Assembly (NCBI RefSeq): GCF_964188315.1
Contig: NC_135667.1
Span: forward strand, 22,568,001 to 22,632,000
Source: Podarcis muralis
Lineage: Eukaryota
Reading direction: 5' to 3'
Length of the DNA stretch: 64,000 nucleotides
Shown: piece after piece, positions 24,562 through 38,471 of the stretch
Layout: each line of letters begins with the position of its first letter
Position numbering within the stretch: the first letter of the stretch is position 1
The notes under the pieces: model-generated
What the model saw: the letters and a program-made list of their open reading frames with translations, nothing else
The model's database searches: none
What the model was told of the DNA's origin: nothing
Made by a program: the position numbers and the translations under genes

Positions 24562-27500
24562 ATAGACAGATTGATAGATATGTACAGGTAAACAGTTATC
24601 ATAGCTGATGTTGGCCCCACACATTAAAATGGATTTTGTTATGTAATAAATACCTGCACCTTTAAGACCCTATGCACCTCTGAACGATCTTCTCCCAAAT
24701 ATTGGGATATTTTAGCTTCTCTTGCTCCACCATTTCCAGCCCAAATTCTAGACAGTTGTGCTAAATTGGACAGAATGTCTGCTAATTCTATGGAGAGGAG
24801 ACTTCTGGGTCTGTCGCAGGCAGTGGCGGACGGCAGAAATTGCTCGTTCCGAACTATCTGCTTGCTGGGAGGAGAAAAGAAGGTTGTGAAGACAATGCAC
24901 CTTCTCGAAAAATCCCCCCAAAACCCAAAGTAAAACCTTTGGGTTCCAGAGGGTCCTGCAGTGTCAGTGAACACTCTCAAAGAGTTTTCAAAGCTCCAGA
25001 GGGAGCTGAAAGGGCTCCACGATTGAGCGCAGACACACATCAAGAACAAGACCACACAGCAAGAAGCCTCGAGATCTGTCATCAAAACAGCAGCCTCTCT
25101 ACAATAAAAGGATCAGGAACCAAATTGAAAGGTAAAGAATATATGAATTTTTGATTATGAGATAATTGGGGACACATCAGGGAGGAAAAAAGGAGGTCCC
25201 CCGCCTGGACACAGGTACAGAATTGCATAAAATAAAATCTGCAGGTAAAATAAAGAATAAATATATACCCATTAATGTCTTAGAACAGAAGCATACCAGT
25301 AAATGAACTGAGTTAAGACTGTTAAAAGTTGAGAACTGGATGCTTTTTTAAATTTTATTTTTGAGAGTATCTTCCAGCAGGTCCACCAATTTGCAAATGG
25401 ACTTAAGTTATTTTGAGTAGTAGGAAGAACAAAAGAGGGCCTGGCTTTTATGATTTATAGAACTGAGTTTTATGAAGATTTTCCCCCCTATATATATATG
25501 GGGGGGGGGGGATCTTCATAAACCTCAGTTCTTAGCAGGCCTACTCAGAATTAAATATATCTAATTTTTATTAAATTTTCTGTTTTACAATTTAAAATGC
25601 TCATTTAAACTTCCTTAAAATATCAGTGACTTCCCTTCTTCTCTTTCCATGGTTTATTTTGCATATCATAAATCCCTGCATATTTTACAAAAACTAAACC
25701 ATTCAGTATTCCATTATTACATCCATCAAAATTTATTCACACTGTTTTCAAGTGTATGTATGTTCTTGTTCTCTTATTCTATATTTAAGTCTGCAAGCTG
25801 CACATATTCTATCAGCTTAAGTTGCCATTCTTCTTTAGTCGCCATTTGGGGGCTAACAAAACACAGGACACAGTAGTGGCATACATAAATAACCTTTTTT
25901 GACACCTGGGAATTTCCGTCCGAATTATCCCCAACAAAAAGGACTCTGTTTTCCCCCGGAAAGGTACTTTTAAACATTTTTTCCAGTTCATTATGGATTA
26001 TTTCCCAATACTCTTTTACCCTTTTACAAGTCCACCACATGTGAAACAACGTCCCCTCAACCTCATTGCATCTCCAGCACTTATCTGATTCAGTCTTATA
26101 CATCTTAGCAGGCCCTCTTGGAGTTAAATGCCATCTGTAAATCGTTTTCAAGTAGTTCTCCTTCAAAGAATAACGTGCTGTAAATTTCAAATTGCTTTTC
26201 CAAAGTTTTTCCCAGAGGCTAAAATCTATATTATGTCCTTTATCTATTGTCAAGTGTATCATAGCGGCTTTGACAAGCTAATCTTTTTTCCTTTTCCTTT
26301 GTTTTCCTTTTCTGTGTGATTCAAAAGAGATAGATATTGTGTATAGGTTTTAGAACTTTAATATTGGGAAGTGCTGGTATTATTTTCAAAAGCGTGATTT
26401 TTTTTTTTGGGAGGGGGGGGGACTGACACTAAATAAAGTTTCTGAAGTTGTGGTTTTTCTTTTTGGCAGATACATTTGGTTTTGGTTTTTCCTCTTTTTG
26501 GATTTGTGTGGGTTTCGATTATATGGCTTTGTGAACTATCACTAAAAGATAGATTAATTGGTGGGCTAGTTGAAGAGGCTGAGGAAGGAAGGAGAGTTTT
26601 ATTGGTTAAACATTTTAATCTTACCTACATGTGGTGGTCTTGCAATAAGGTTAAAGCTTACTGGGAAATGATAACTACAGTGGTGCCCCACAAGACGAAT
26701 GCCTCGCAAGACGAAAAACCCGCTAGACGAAAGGGTTTTCCGTTTTTCGATGCGCTTTGCAAGACGATTTTCCCTATGGGCTTGCTTTGCAAGACGGAAA
26801 CGTCTTGCGAGTCTTGCAATTTTTTTCACTTCCCCCCCTTTTCTAAGCCGCTAAGCCGCTAATAGCCTTTTAGCCGCTAAGCCGCTAAGCCTTTAATAGC
26901 CGCTAAGCCGCTAATAGCCTTTTAGCCGCTAAGCCGCTAAGCCTTTAATAGCCGCTAAACCGCTAATAGCAATCCGCTAAGCCGCTAATAGGGTTGCTTC
27001 GCAAGACGAAAAAACCGCTAGACGAAGAGACTCGCGGAACGGATTATTTTCGTCTTGCGAGGCACCACTGTAATGTACTGAAAAAGATGCTTAAGATAAC
27101 ACTTATTTAAAAAAACAGAAGTTTTTCTTTTGGGAATTATGGGATCAGAACTACCTAAACTGTATAGAAATTTATTAAGACACATAACATAAGTATTATG
27201 GGGTATCAGCACTTTTTGTAATGCCCATGATACTGTCTTATGGCAGTCTACTCTGAAAGCTCTACTCTTGAAACATTAGAAATTCTAAGTAGACTATTCC
27301 AGCAGTCACATTGAAGAAGCGATGTTTGCACTGGTGAATTATGTCATGTCTGGGTGAATAATCATAGCCACAAAATAGCATGGTCTTCCAATTCATGTAC
27401 TTTTTCTACTACATGGCTGCCATTGCTCTATTGTTGTGAGTTAATATTTAATAAATGACCTGGGTCTCTAGGAAATAATGGGACTTTGTTTTCTGGAAGG

Positions 27501-28368
27501 CCTAGAGGCCAGATAATAAGTACCAAAGTTTCAACAAAGCACAGGTAATGGGGAACACAGAGGTGGCTGTTTTAATTTACTGTATCTTATTCAATGATTA
27601 TGATTATGATTAGCATTTCATTTGTAAGTTGTTTATGTATATTATAAATCTTAATATTTCTGTCCTGAGCCTGTGAGGAAGATAAATTCTATGTAGTTCT
27701 CCCCAGAAGGTCATACTAATTATGTGTACCCTATAGGCATGTCAAACCGGGACGCGGGTGGCGCTGTGGGTAAAAGCCTCAGCGCCTAGGGCTTGCCGAT
27801 CGAAAGGTCGGCGGTTCGAATCCCTGCGGCGGGGTGCACTCCGGTCGTTCAGTCCCAGCGCCTGCCAACCTAGCAGTTTGAAAGCACCCCCAGGTGCAAG
27901 TAGATAAATAGGGACCGCTTACTGGCGGGAAGGTAAACGGCGTTTCCGTGTGCTGTGCTGGCTCGCCAGATGCAGCTTTGTCACGCTGGCCACGTGACCC
28001 GGAAGTGTCTCCGGACAGCGCTGGCCCCCGGCCTCTTAAGTGAGATGGGTGCACAACCCTAGAGTCTGTCAAGACTGGCCCGTACGGGCAGGGGTACCTT
28101 TACCTTTTTATAGGCATGTCAAACTTCTAAGCAAACCCTCTCTGAGGAAAATTGATTGGAGATGTTTTCCAGAAATAAGGTGTGTGGCAAATTCAAGCCC
28201 AATAGCAATGGTGTATGAAGAGAAGCTTAAGAATTGGTTGCCATGGCAGGTAATGATTTCAGATAATTTATCTGGGATCTTTCAGTATAGCAAGAGGACC
28301 TAGTAGAAATAGGAAGTGGGTCCCTCCACAGTATGTTCACTTGCCTATCCAAAAATGCTACAATACTT

Positions 28369-28413
<45 letters not shown>

Positions 28414-31400
28414 TTGAGTGGAATTCCTACAACTTCTGGAATCAGTTTGTTCCAACTTATTACATTCCTGCATTTCTCTTCTTGTGCACCATCCCCCCCC
28501 CCCCCAGCTCCACCACTTTTTACGGAGTATTTCATTTAACAACAGTGCTGGGGACAAAATTTCCTTTGATCACAATGGGGCCCTGGAAGCTGGATTTGAC
28601 ATTGTCAACTGGATCACATTCCCAAATCAATCCTTCCTCAGAGTGAAAGTTGGAAAAGTGAATCTCCAGACTCCCGTAAAAGAATTCACTATTAATGAGT
28701 CTACTATTACATGGCACATTGGATTTAACCAGGTATGATTTGACGTTTGATCAGAGTTTTTCATGAGTAGAGGATTTCCCCCACTTCTGCTACTGTGAAG
28801 TGCTGTAAACAGGCTGAATGCAGTGCAGGAGAGTGAGAGACTTCATAGTGCACCTTTGTTCTCCCTCACACAAATGTTTATACACAGGGCTCTGAATGCT
28901 CAGATAGGGATATACTTTACTACTATTTGAATGTGAGTACAACCATCCGCAGTGCTTTTTTCAAGAAAAAAAGTGCTGGTACTCTTTAACCACCCAACAG
29001 AGCTATCCAGGCTGATCACCATGAAGTTGTTACAGTAAGTGCCACACTTTTAACATTGGGGTGGAGGAAGGTGCCAGTACTGTGTGACCTTGACTACTCC
29101 CAGAAAAAAAGCACTGGCCATCCCTCCTTCGATACTATGAAGTCATGTTTTCCCACCCAAAGAGTGGTTGAGGGTGCTTCTGCTCAACATGGCCATATAT
29201 ATCCAATTGATGTAAAGAGGTGATCACATTTACAGGGATGCTACCCCCCACCCACTTCAATCTCACTTACCCTTGTAGGGGGCTAAATTGATTTTTAAAG
29301 GGTGGCCCTGATTAGCTATTGATTGTTGTTGCTGCTGCTGCTGTTGTTGTTGTTGATATTGTTATTATTCCAATCCATACATATGCTTATATCAAGGGTT
29401 TACTGCTACAGTTTACTGCTGCTTTATTGTTTGCTTTAAGGATTTGATTATTTGGTGATTCCTTGTCAATATATCTTAAGTAGCTGAGGTAAGCACATTC
29501 AGGAAGCTTTGAGTGGGTTGTAACTGACTCTCCTCTCATTGACTGTCTAAAATTAGAGAGGGAATATTGTTTATAAGTATTTTAGTAACGAGAAGTCAAG
29601 AAGAGACTGTGAAATTAACCTTCAAATATATATTTAAAAAACTACAAAGAGGTTACATATGAAACAGCATGTATGTGGTGGGGGGGGATGTGATGGCCAA
29701 AACGGTCATGCATATTTTCATCTAATATAAATATAATCTTTATATGGTGTTATACCACTGTGTCTGTATCCTTTGCACATTGATAAAACAATCCAAGAGA
29801 AAGAGGGAGAGAATATATGCAAACTAAGGGATTACATTTACAGTTAGGTCAACATGTGCCTCCGTTCTCATTATGACTATACCATAACAGCTACATCAAT
29901 TTTGTTGTTATGGGAAAACAGAGAAATGAATGGAAAGAACACTAAAGCAAACTGTTCTTGCTTCAATCTCAGAATTAGTTTTAGCAATTATCCTAATATA
30001 TCCAAATTATGAGGAATGGAATACAGGTCAGAGTGAACCTGGGGAAAAAATAAATGAATGAATGAAGCTCATGATTTCTCTCATTCCCTTCTTTGATAAC
30101 ATTTTGGGCCAAGGTCCAATGTGTGTATGAAACTAGAGGTAGATTTCATTCATATTGCCTACAATCCTTAGTAAAGATTCAAATACCAAAGGTTTTCTAA
30201 AATCTCAATGCCTACTGTTGAACTACAGATTTACCGAGAAAATACAACTTCCTGCTGCTTATATTCTAAATGGTAACATCATTTTATTTATTTCTGGGTC
30301 AGACATTGCCTATTTCGGTGTGTACAGACAGTTGCCATTCTGGTTATCACAAAAAAAGAATAGAAGGGGTGCCATTTTGCTGCCATGATTGCATCCCATG
30401 TCCAGAAGGGAAGATTTCTAACCAGAAAGGTAAGGAGTATATGGACCTCATATGTTAGCTGTTTGCTTGTTGCTTGTTTGCTTGTTTGTTTGTTGGATTC
30501 AATTTATGAATTGCTTCTCATAAAATATCAATAGTAAAATCAATTAAGAATAATCCCACATATAAAAGTCATTTTTTGAAATCTCTTTGAAAAACAATTT
30601 CAGGGTGAATCTCAGCAATATACAAAATGCAATTTGAAGGCATGTAGGGGTTGATAGGAAACTCGCTGACAAGCGATGACAAGAGATGAATAAGACTGGT
30701 TTCATATATTCAAAATGCCCCTATTCTGATTTGGCATCTTTCCCAGTCAGATATGGAAGACCTAAGTGCACCATGAGTACTGATTGGTTCAGCAATGCTT
30801 GGGTACAGCATTGTGGCTAAGAAATGAAATATCCTCCCATTCATTTTGTTGCTGTTAAATGATTTTTATTAATTTTCAATTACCAAAATGCAATATGTTC
30901 CATATTATATTAATATCAAATAGCAATATCAATTCAAATACAAATCAATTACTTAGCCAATTATAATTTTTGTGTGGCTTCCCACATGCTGTACTTCAAG
31001 GTCTGATTCCCTTTAATTCTGCCTCCAGACTATTGCTCAAACCAAATACAATCCATTCTTGATAAAATCCCTTCTACCACAGCTACAATAATTAGCTCCA
31101 ATTTACATTAACACATATAGTAATTTGTAAATTCACAAGTGAAGTTCTCCTTTCTTCTTACTGTGTGAGGTTTTAATTTCCATCAATTGTTCCTGTATTT
31201 CTTTATCAAATATTATGTCCATATTAATTATTCCTTTTTTTTTAAAATATTTTTATTGTGTTTCTTTTCATAATTTTGTAGATTCCAAACCATACAGAAT
31301 AAATCAAATACAAGAAACAATTTTTGATTTTTTTACAAAGAAAAAACATTGTACTTCCCCACACCTTCCAGATCTGCATTCTTTGTAATGACAATATCAG

Positions 31401-34400
31401 CAATTTGTTACCTTATTTCAAACCTTGTTACAACTTTCAATTATTATGTATCCGTATTCAATACATTTGTATCTCAAATTTGTTACCTTAAAAATAAACA
31501 TAATATGTTTGGTTCACTTTGTCTTCTTTTTTTCTCTTTTATCCCTTATTTAGCCATTTGCTTAATCATATTTGCTAAAGCATAACATTTCCAATAACAT
31601 GCACAATCTTAAGATTCATACAATTTGTAATGTTTTTGCAAATAGTCTTTAAGTTTTTTCCAATCCGCCTCAACCGATTCTTCATCCAAATCTCGGATTC
31701 TGCCGGTCATTTCAGCTAATTCCATGTAGTCCATCAACTGCGTCTGCCATTCTTCCATAGTGGGTAAATCTTGTGTCTTCCAGTTCTTAGCGATGAGAAT
31801 TCTTGCTGCTGTAGTAGCATACATAAATAACGTTCTGTCTTTCTTATGCACTTTCTGGTCCACCATGCCCAGCAGAAAGGCCTCTGGATTCTTGGGAAAG
31901 GTATACCTAAATACCTTTTTCAATTCATTATAAATCTTTTCCCAGAAAGCCTTCACTTTTGGGCAGGTCCACCAGAGATGAAAAAAAGTACCTTCTGCCT
32001 CCTTACATTTCCAACATCTGTTATCTGACAGGTGATATATCTTAGCAAGTTTGACTGGGGTCATGTACCACCGGTATACCATTTTCATAATGTTTTCTTT
32101 CAGGGCAGTACATGCCGTGAATTTTATTCCGGTGTTCCATAACTTTTCCCAGTCTTCAAACATAATGTTATGTCCAACATCCTGTGCCCATTTTATCATA
32201 GCAGATTTAACTGTCTCATCCTGTGTATTCCATTTAAGCAGCAAGTTATACATTCTTGATAATATCTTAGTTTTTGGCTCTAACAATTCTATCTCCAAAT
32301 TCGATTTTTCCACTTGGAACCCAACTTTTTTATCCATTTTAAAAACCTCTTGAATTTGAGCATAGTGTAGCCAGTCTCACACCTTATTTTTTAATTTGTC
32401 CTGGCTCTGCAACTTCCAATTGTCTCCAGTTTTTTCAATTATTTCCCAATACTTCGGCCAATGAGCCTCCATATTGGGCCTTTTTCGGGCCTTGGCCTCC
32501 ATCGGTGATAGCCACCTCGGGGTTTTACTTTCTAATAAGTCTTTATATTTCATCCAGACTGCAAAAATTGCTTTTCTGACAATATGATTTTTGAACAGTT
32601 TATGAACTTTGACCTTGTCATACCACAAATATGCATGCCAACCAAAAGCATTATCAAAACCCTCCAGATCTAGGACATCAGTGTTTTCCAGCAAAAACCA
32701 ATCCTTCAACCAGCAGAAGGCTGCAGCTTCGTAGTATAACCTCAAATCCGGCAGGGCAAACCCTCCTCTTTCTTTCGAGTCAGTTAATATTTTGAACTTT
32801 ATTCGAGGCTTTTTGCCCTGCCAGACAAACTTAGATATGTCCTTCTGCCATTTTCCAAAACATTCCACTCTGTCCACGATCTGTAGGGTTTGGAACAAAA
32901 ATAACATTTTCGGCAATACATTCATCTTTATAGCTGCGATTCTACCCAACAAGGAAAGTTTCAATCTTGACCAAATTTCTAAATCCTTTTTAATTTCCAA
33001 CCAACATTTTTCATAATTATCTTTAAATAAATTCAAGTTTTTGGAAGACAAATGAATCCCTAGGTATTTCACTTTTTTCACCACATTTAGTTCTGTTTCT
33101 CTCTGGAACCCCTCTGTTTCTGTAGATGTCAAATTTTTGGTCAAAACCTTTGTTTTTTGTTTGTTTAACTTAAATCCCGCCACCCGACCAAACTCTGCTA
33201 TAAGTTCTAGAACTCTTTTTGTACTGGGTTCTGGCTCCTGTAATGTCAAAACTAAGTCATCTGCAAAAGCTTTCAATTTATATTGTTTCACTCCGACCTC
33301 TATCCCTTGTACCAGCCGGTCCTCCCTAATCATGTTCAGTAGCACCTCCAGGACTGAGATAAATAAAAGAGGGGATAGAGGGCACCCTTGTCGTGTCCCT
33401 TTTTCAATTTTAAATTCCTCCGTCACCACATTGTTCACTATTAATTTGGCTTTCTGTTCTGAATAAATAGCATCTATTCCATTTTCAAACCCCCGTCCCA
33501 CTCCCATCCCTTCCAAGTTCTTCTTCATAAACATCCAAGATATGTTGTCAAATGCTTTCTCCGCATCAATAAAGATTAACACCGCCCTTGTGTTCCTATT
33601 GGTTTGCAGAAGTTCCAAAATGTCAATGATGTTTCTGGTGTTTTCATACAAATGTCTACCAGGGAGAAAGCCTGCTTGGTCCTTATGAATTACTTCATTT
33701 AAAACCTTTTTAAGTCTATTTGCCAAAATGTCTGCAAATATTTTGTAATCCACATTCAGGAGTGAGATGGGACGGTAGTTCTTAAGCTGCGTCTTTTCAG
33801 ATTCTGACTTAGGTATCAATGTGATGAAGGCTTCTTTCCACGTTTCTGGTGCCCTCTTCCCATCCATAATCTGGTTGCATACTTCCATCAAAGGTTGTAT
33901 CAGATAATCCTTCAAAGTCTTATAGTATTTGGAGGTAAGCCCATCCGGGCCTGGAGATTTGCCTACTTGCATACTCTGAATGGCACCTTCGATTTCCTGT
34001 GGAGTTATTTTAGAGTTCAAGATTGATCTTTTATCTTGAGTTATTTTAGATAATCCATTTGTCTTAAGGAATTGTTCTATCTCGGATTCTTTCTGAGGCC
34101 CCTGTGCATACAGTTCTTTAAAATATCTGTGAAAGCATTTCCTAATTTCCTCTGGTTTCTGGATCATTCTTCCTTCAATCTCTAGATTTGTAACTGTGTT
34201 TAACTTTTGTCTTTTTTTCAGCTGCCAAGCTAGCAGCTTTCCACATTTATTTGCTGATTCAAACGATTTTTGCTTCATCTGTTTAATTTTCCATTCAATT
34301 TCTTGATTTATTAATTTGGAATATTGTGCTTGATGGAATTTGATTTCTCTCAGCACCTCCTTTGACTTTGGGTTAGTTCTTAATTTTTTCTCTCCCTGAT

Positions 34401-37400
34401 GTATCTTCTCCAGTATTTTCTCCTTCTTTCCATTCCAGAGCTTTTTCTTGATTGAGTTTTGCTGTATGAGAAACCCTCTCATGACCGCTTTGCTAGCGTC
34501 CCAAATCGTTCTTTTTTCTACTGTAGTATTCAAGTTTATCTCGAAATAGTCCTTTAACGTTTTTTGGGCCTTTTTGACGATCTCTTGATCTCTTAAAAGG
34601 GTGTCATTCATCCTCCATCTGAAGGAACCGGTTTCAGTAAGTCTGAATTCTAGTTTCAAGGCGTTATGGTCGGAGCATGTTTTTGGGCAGATTTCCACCT
34701 TTCTGGTCTTGGGTGCCAGCCCTCTAGACGTCCAAATTTGGTTGATCCGTGTCCAAGACAGGTGGGCCTCAGAGAAGAAAGTCCCTTCTTTACCTAGTGG
34801 GTTCTTTGTCCTCCATATGTCAATCAAATCCAAGTTGTCAATTAGTTCAAAAAAGGTTTTAGGCAGTCTTCCATCTGATGTTAGATTTTGGTTTTGAGAC
34901 TTATCCATGTGCGTAGACACCACTCCGTTCATGTCTCCCATCATTATGATGTTGTTGTAGTCCAAATAGTCCAGCATAGTCTCCTGCAACTTCTTAAAAA
35001 ATTCTGATTTCCCATCATTTGGCGCATATATTCCCAATATCAAAATTTTTTCTCCCTGTGTCTGAATTTCAATCGCCAAAATTCTTCCTTGCTCATCTTT
35101 GAATACAAATTTTGGTGCCAGGCTCTCTTTAGCATATATCACCACGCCTCTTTTCTTAACCTTGTCAGATGAAATAAATTCTTGGCCTAGTCTTTTATTA
35201 ACTAAAACTTTCCTATGGAGCCTGGTCACATGGGTTTCTTGTAAACAAATAATGTCCAATTGTTCTTTCTTCAATATGTGAAATATCTTCCTTCTCTTTT
35301 CGGGGGAGTTTCCGCCATTTATATTCCAACTAAGTAGCTGCAGGGACATCCTGTACTATTATGTTACACCTAGAGTGGTGTTTCTTCTTTGTCCTCTGGT
35401 TCCGAGGGTGAAGGGCCTGGTCCGCCTCCAGGCGGTATCCCAGATTTTGGTAGAGGCCAATGTGCTGCTGCTTCTTTTTGGAGATCTTCTCCGTGGTCGT
35501 GCAGGAACTTCTGTAAGTCCTCTGGTGTTCTTATTTTTACCTTCTTCTGCTTGTAAGTAAAAGATAATCCTTGTGGAAACTCCCACCTATAACGAATTGT
35601 GTTGAGTCTCAGCAATTTTGCCAGTTCTGAGTAGGTGGTTCTCAAGTCCAGTAACTGTTTTGGTATATCTCTGTAAATTTGTGCCCTTTTGTCCTGTATC
35701 TCCAGTGCGTTTGCAAAGTGAAGGCCTAATATTTTGTCTCTCTCTTCCCTTGATCTCAAGATTATCAAACAATCTCTGGGCCTGTCCTTCCTTACCAATC
35801 TTCCCAGTCGAAAAGCTGAAGTTATTTTAAAATCACTTTCTTCCTTTATGTTCCAGAATTTTGAGAATTCTGTTGTCAAGAATCCAATCAGATCTTCTTG
35901 TTCAATTTCTGGAATAGCTCTCAATCTGAGGTTCTTCTCCCGGTTTTTCAATTCCACCAACGAAAGATAGGCTTGCTGTTCACCAATTTGTTTATGCAGA
36001 GGTCTGACTTCTCCTTTAACCTCCTCAATCTCTTTTTTTGCTGCCGTTGCAATTTGAATAGCTTCCCCAGCTAGATTACGATTTTCAGCTGTGGCTCCTT
36101 GCAATTTTTCAATTGCTTGTGTGTGCTGGGAAACCTGATCAGTCAATTTCTGGATTGAGGATGTGGCTTGGTCTATTTTTAATGATTGGTTGTCAACCTT
36201 TTGGTTTAAAGCTGCCAATTGCTCCAGAATTTGTTTCAAAACTCCCTCCGATCCTCCTGCTGCCATATCTTCCTCTGCAGAATTTTTAGGCTTTTCGATT
36301 TCTGCCTTTTGTGAGCCCAGCACAGCTGGGACCGAAGATCTACGTCCCTGGGTCAGAGTTGTTTGTACTAGCTGTGTCTGCTTTTTTTCTTTTTCTTTTT
36401 CTTTTTCTTTCTCTTTGGCTTCCTTCGCTTTAGCTGCCCTTGTCTTTCCTGTGCCACTCATCAGTCAATGTTCAAGGTCAAATTTTTATTGTCCCATGGG
36501 AAAGACAGGTCCAGTTTCAAAACAATCCAGTAAGAGAGAGTAAACATAGAAAGCTGTTCCCAGGCCTTTATAATCTCCAAGTCCTCTAGGGGGAGTACAA
36601 CCAAAATTCAAAGAGAAGAAGGCAACTTTTCCGCCATTAAAGTCCCTGCAATGTTAAAAGCACACAATAGTCTCAAAAAGGATAATAGCAAAAGAAAATC
36701 TTGCAGAGTACTTTTAACTTTTAACTTTTAACAAAGTTTCAACAAGGTGCGTGCCACTTGTATCTCCTCCAGTTCATTTAAGCTCAAAAGTAACACTTTT
36801 AATGAAAGTTTGTAACAGTTCCGCAGTTAAAGCAGTTTCCCTCCGGCAGCCCAGCAGTTTAGAAATTGACTTTCAATAGCCTTTAACCGAGGGGGATTTT
36901 TCCAACTTTTTCTTTAAGATTTACTCACTTTCCTTTTCCGCCGCTACTTCTAAGAGTGCATGAAAGGCTCTCTTTAAAGTTCCCCTTTTCCGCTGCTTTA
37001 CGCTTGGTGGATCCTTTGCTTTGATCTTGTAAGCAGCACCGGAAGACGGACTTCCTTTTTATCGTCTCCCGGTTTCAGCCAATTTAGAAACAATTTATTT
37101 CCGAATTTAATGTCCTTACTCACGGGTTCGTTGTTTCAGCCGGATCTTTAAAGGAAGAAAGGTCGGCGCTCATCTGTGACAGCCGCGCGGCTTCGCTTCC
37201 GCAGAAAGAGCGATGAACTCACAGCACCGCTACCCCTCCTTCGCTCCGGAGCCCCTTACGGGGTCCCTTCCGCGATTTTGGGGTCGCTCCAGGTGCCCGC
37301 CGAGTCCCACGGCCACGGGCTCACTCTACCCGTGGTTTATCTTATTGGGTCGTCGCTGTGCCGTAGCGAAACGACCCTTTCCTGCGGAGCCCCTCTTCAG

Positions 37401-38404
37401 AGAACGAAGAGGACCGCCATCACCGTTTCGCGCCGCCTCCGGAAGTCCATATTAATTATTCCTGATCTCCTTTGTGTCTTACAGCTCTGTTGACTCAGAG
37501 TTACTCTGGAGAGGTCTTTCTCTTTGTTTCCAACTCTTATGTTGCAGCTGTAAAATTCCATTTTCAATTTCAAGCAGGGAGTCACCCAACATCCTGCCAA
37601 AGCCCTGGCAGGCCTCCAAGTTCTCCCCTCCACATCCAGTCGAAGCAATTAATTATATTTATCCATACAAGAATGATCTAGTTCCCCACCAGAGCCCCAG
37701 CAAGTCTTCAAAGTCCAGTCCCTCCTCCCCTCAATGAGGTGGCAAGTAAAAGAATTAACTCTGCAGAGGCTCCAAGCCCTTTTTATAATGATTCCAAACG
37801 TAATACAGTATTTTCCTCACACAGTCCCGTATGTCATTAGTATCAATATCTGTACTCCCATCTCCTTTCTTCTTCTTCTTCACTTGCTTTGAAGACCAAA
37901 GTTTTTTGACATTGTCAGGGGGTTTGCTGAGTCATTTATGTAACAAAGTATTTATAATGAAGTGATTGGCTCCCCCACACTTGTTGCTCGAATGAAGTCA
38001 TCTTCCAATTTAAATCTGTACAACCTTGTAGCTGTTTCAATTTGGCAGTCCTTAATCTTGTCCCATCATTAGCAGCACGCGTCTGTGCATCAATCCTAAT
38101 TAATCTCTTAATGAACAGAAGAACCGCTGCTCTTAATGGTGGCATTGGAGGGTGACCAAGAAGTGAAGTGCTTTTGCACTCAGAGTCTCCCTGCCACTCA
38201 CCTCCATGTCAGAGCAAAAGGCAGGTACTGAGATGATCTGAGTAAAGCTTACATCCCCTGTTCCCTGGGGGGAGTTTGCAAGGACAATTACCCTCAAATC
38301 ATCCTTGTTTCATCTTTGCCAATGGTCTCCGCTATCGTGAGAGCTGTGCCACTAAGGCAGCTAGAAGTCGGGACTCAAAATTCTTAAAACATTTCAAAGA
38401 TGGG

Positions 38405-38471
<67 letters not shown>

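Larger units (their letters stand above)
31236..37444 (-). mobile_element. Full-length L1-clade LINE (~6.2 kb), antisense in gene C intron 5
   Basis: CpG-rich 5' UTR, ORF1, ORF2, 3' UTR with aataaa and short poly-A; 19-bp TSD gtccatattaattattcct (31217-31235 / 37445-37463). Confidence 0.96.
30850..37800 (-). mobile_element. Older L1 relic split by the full-length L1 (pieces ~30850-31216 and ~37464-37800)
   Basis: Degenerate L1-like 3' sequence on both sides of the young L1 TSD; boundaries approximate. Confidence 0.4.

Noticed and set aside
26820-26990. Short repeat array as a CRISPR-like locus
   Set aside because: 8-bp units without unique spacers, inside a MITE with TIRs and TA TSD, in vertebrate DNA.
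27748-27830. tRNA gene (A/B boxes, ggttcgaatcc)
   Set aside because: It is the tRNA-derived head of a Sauria SINE, with SINE body, tail and TSD; the same holds at 13376 and 51456.
28227-28646. Several ORFs with THTHTH / CVCVCV runs
   Set aside because: Translations of (GT)n microsatellites; the same applies near 21700, 38400, 49260 and 63500.
37176-37493. GC-rich ORFs on the + strand
   Set aside because: They overlap the CpG-rich L1 5' UTR, start at non-ATG codons and show no motif; an ORF0-like role cannot be supported from one copy.
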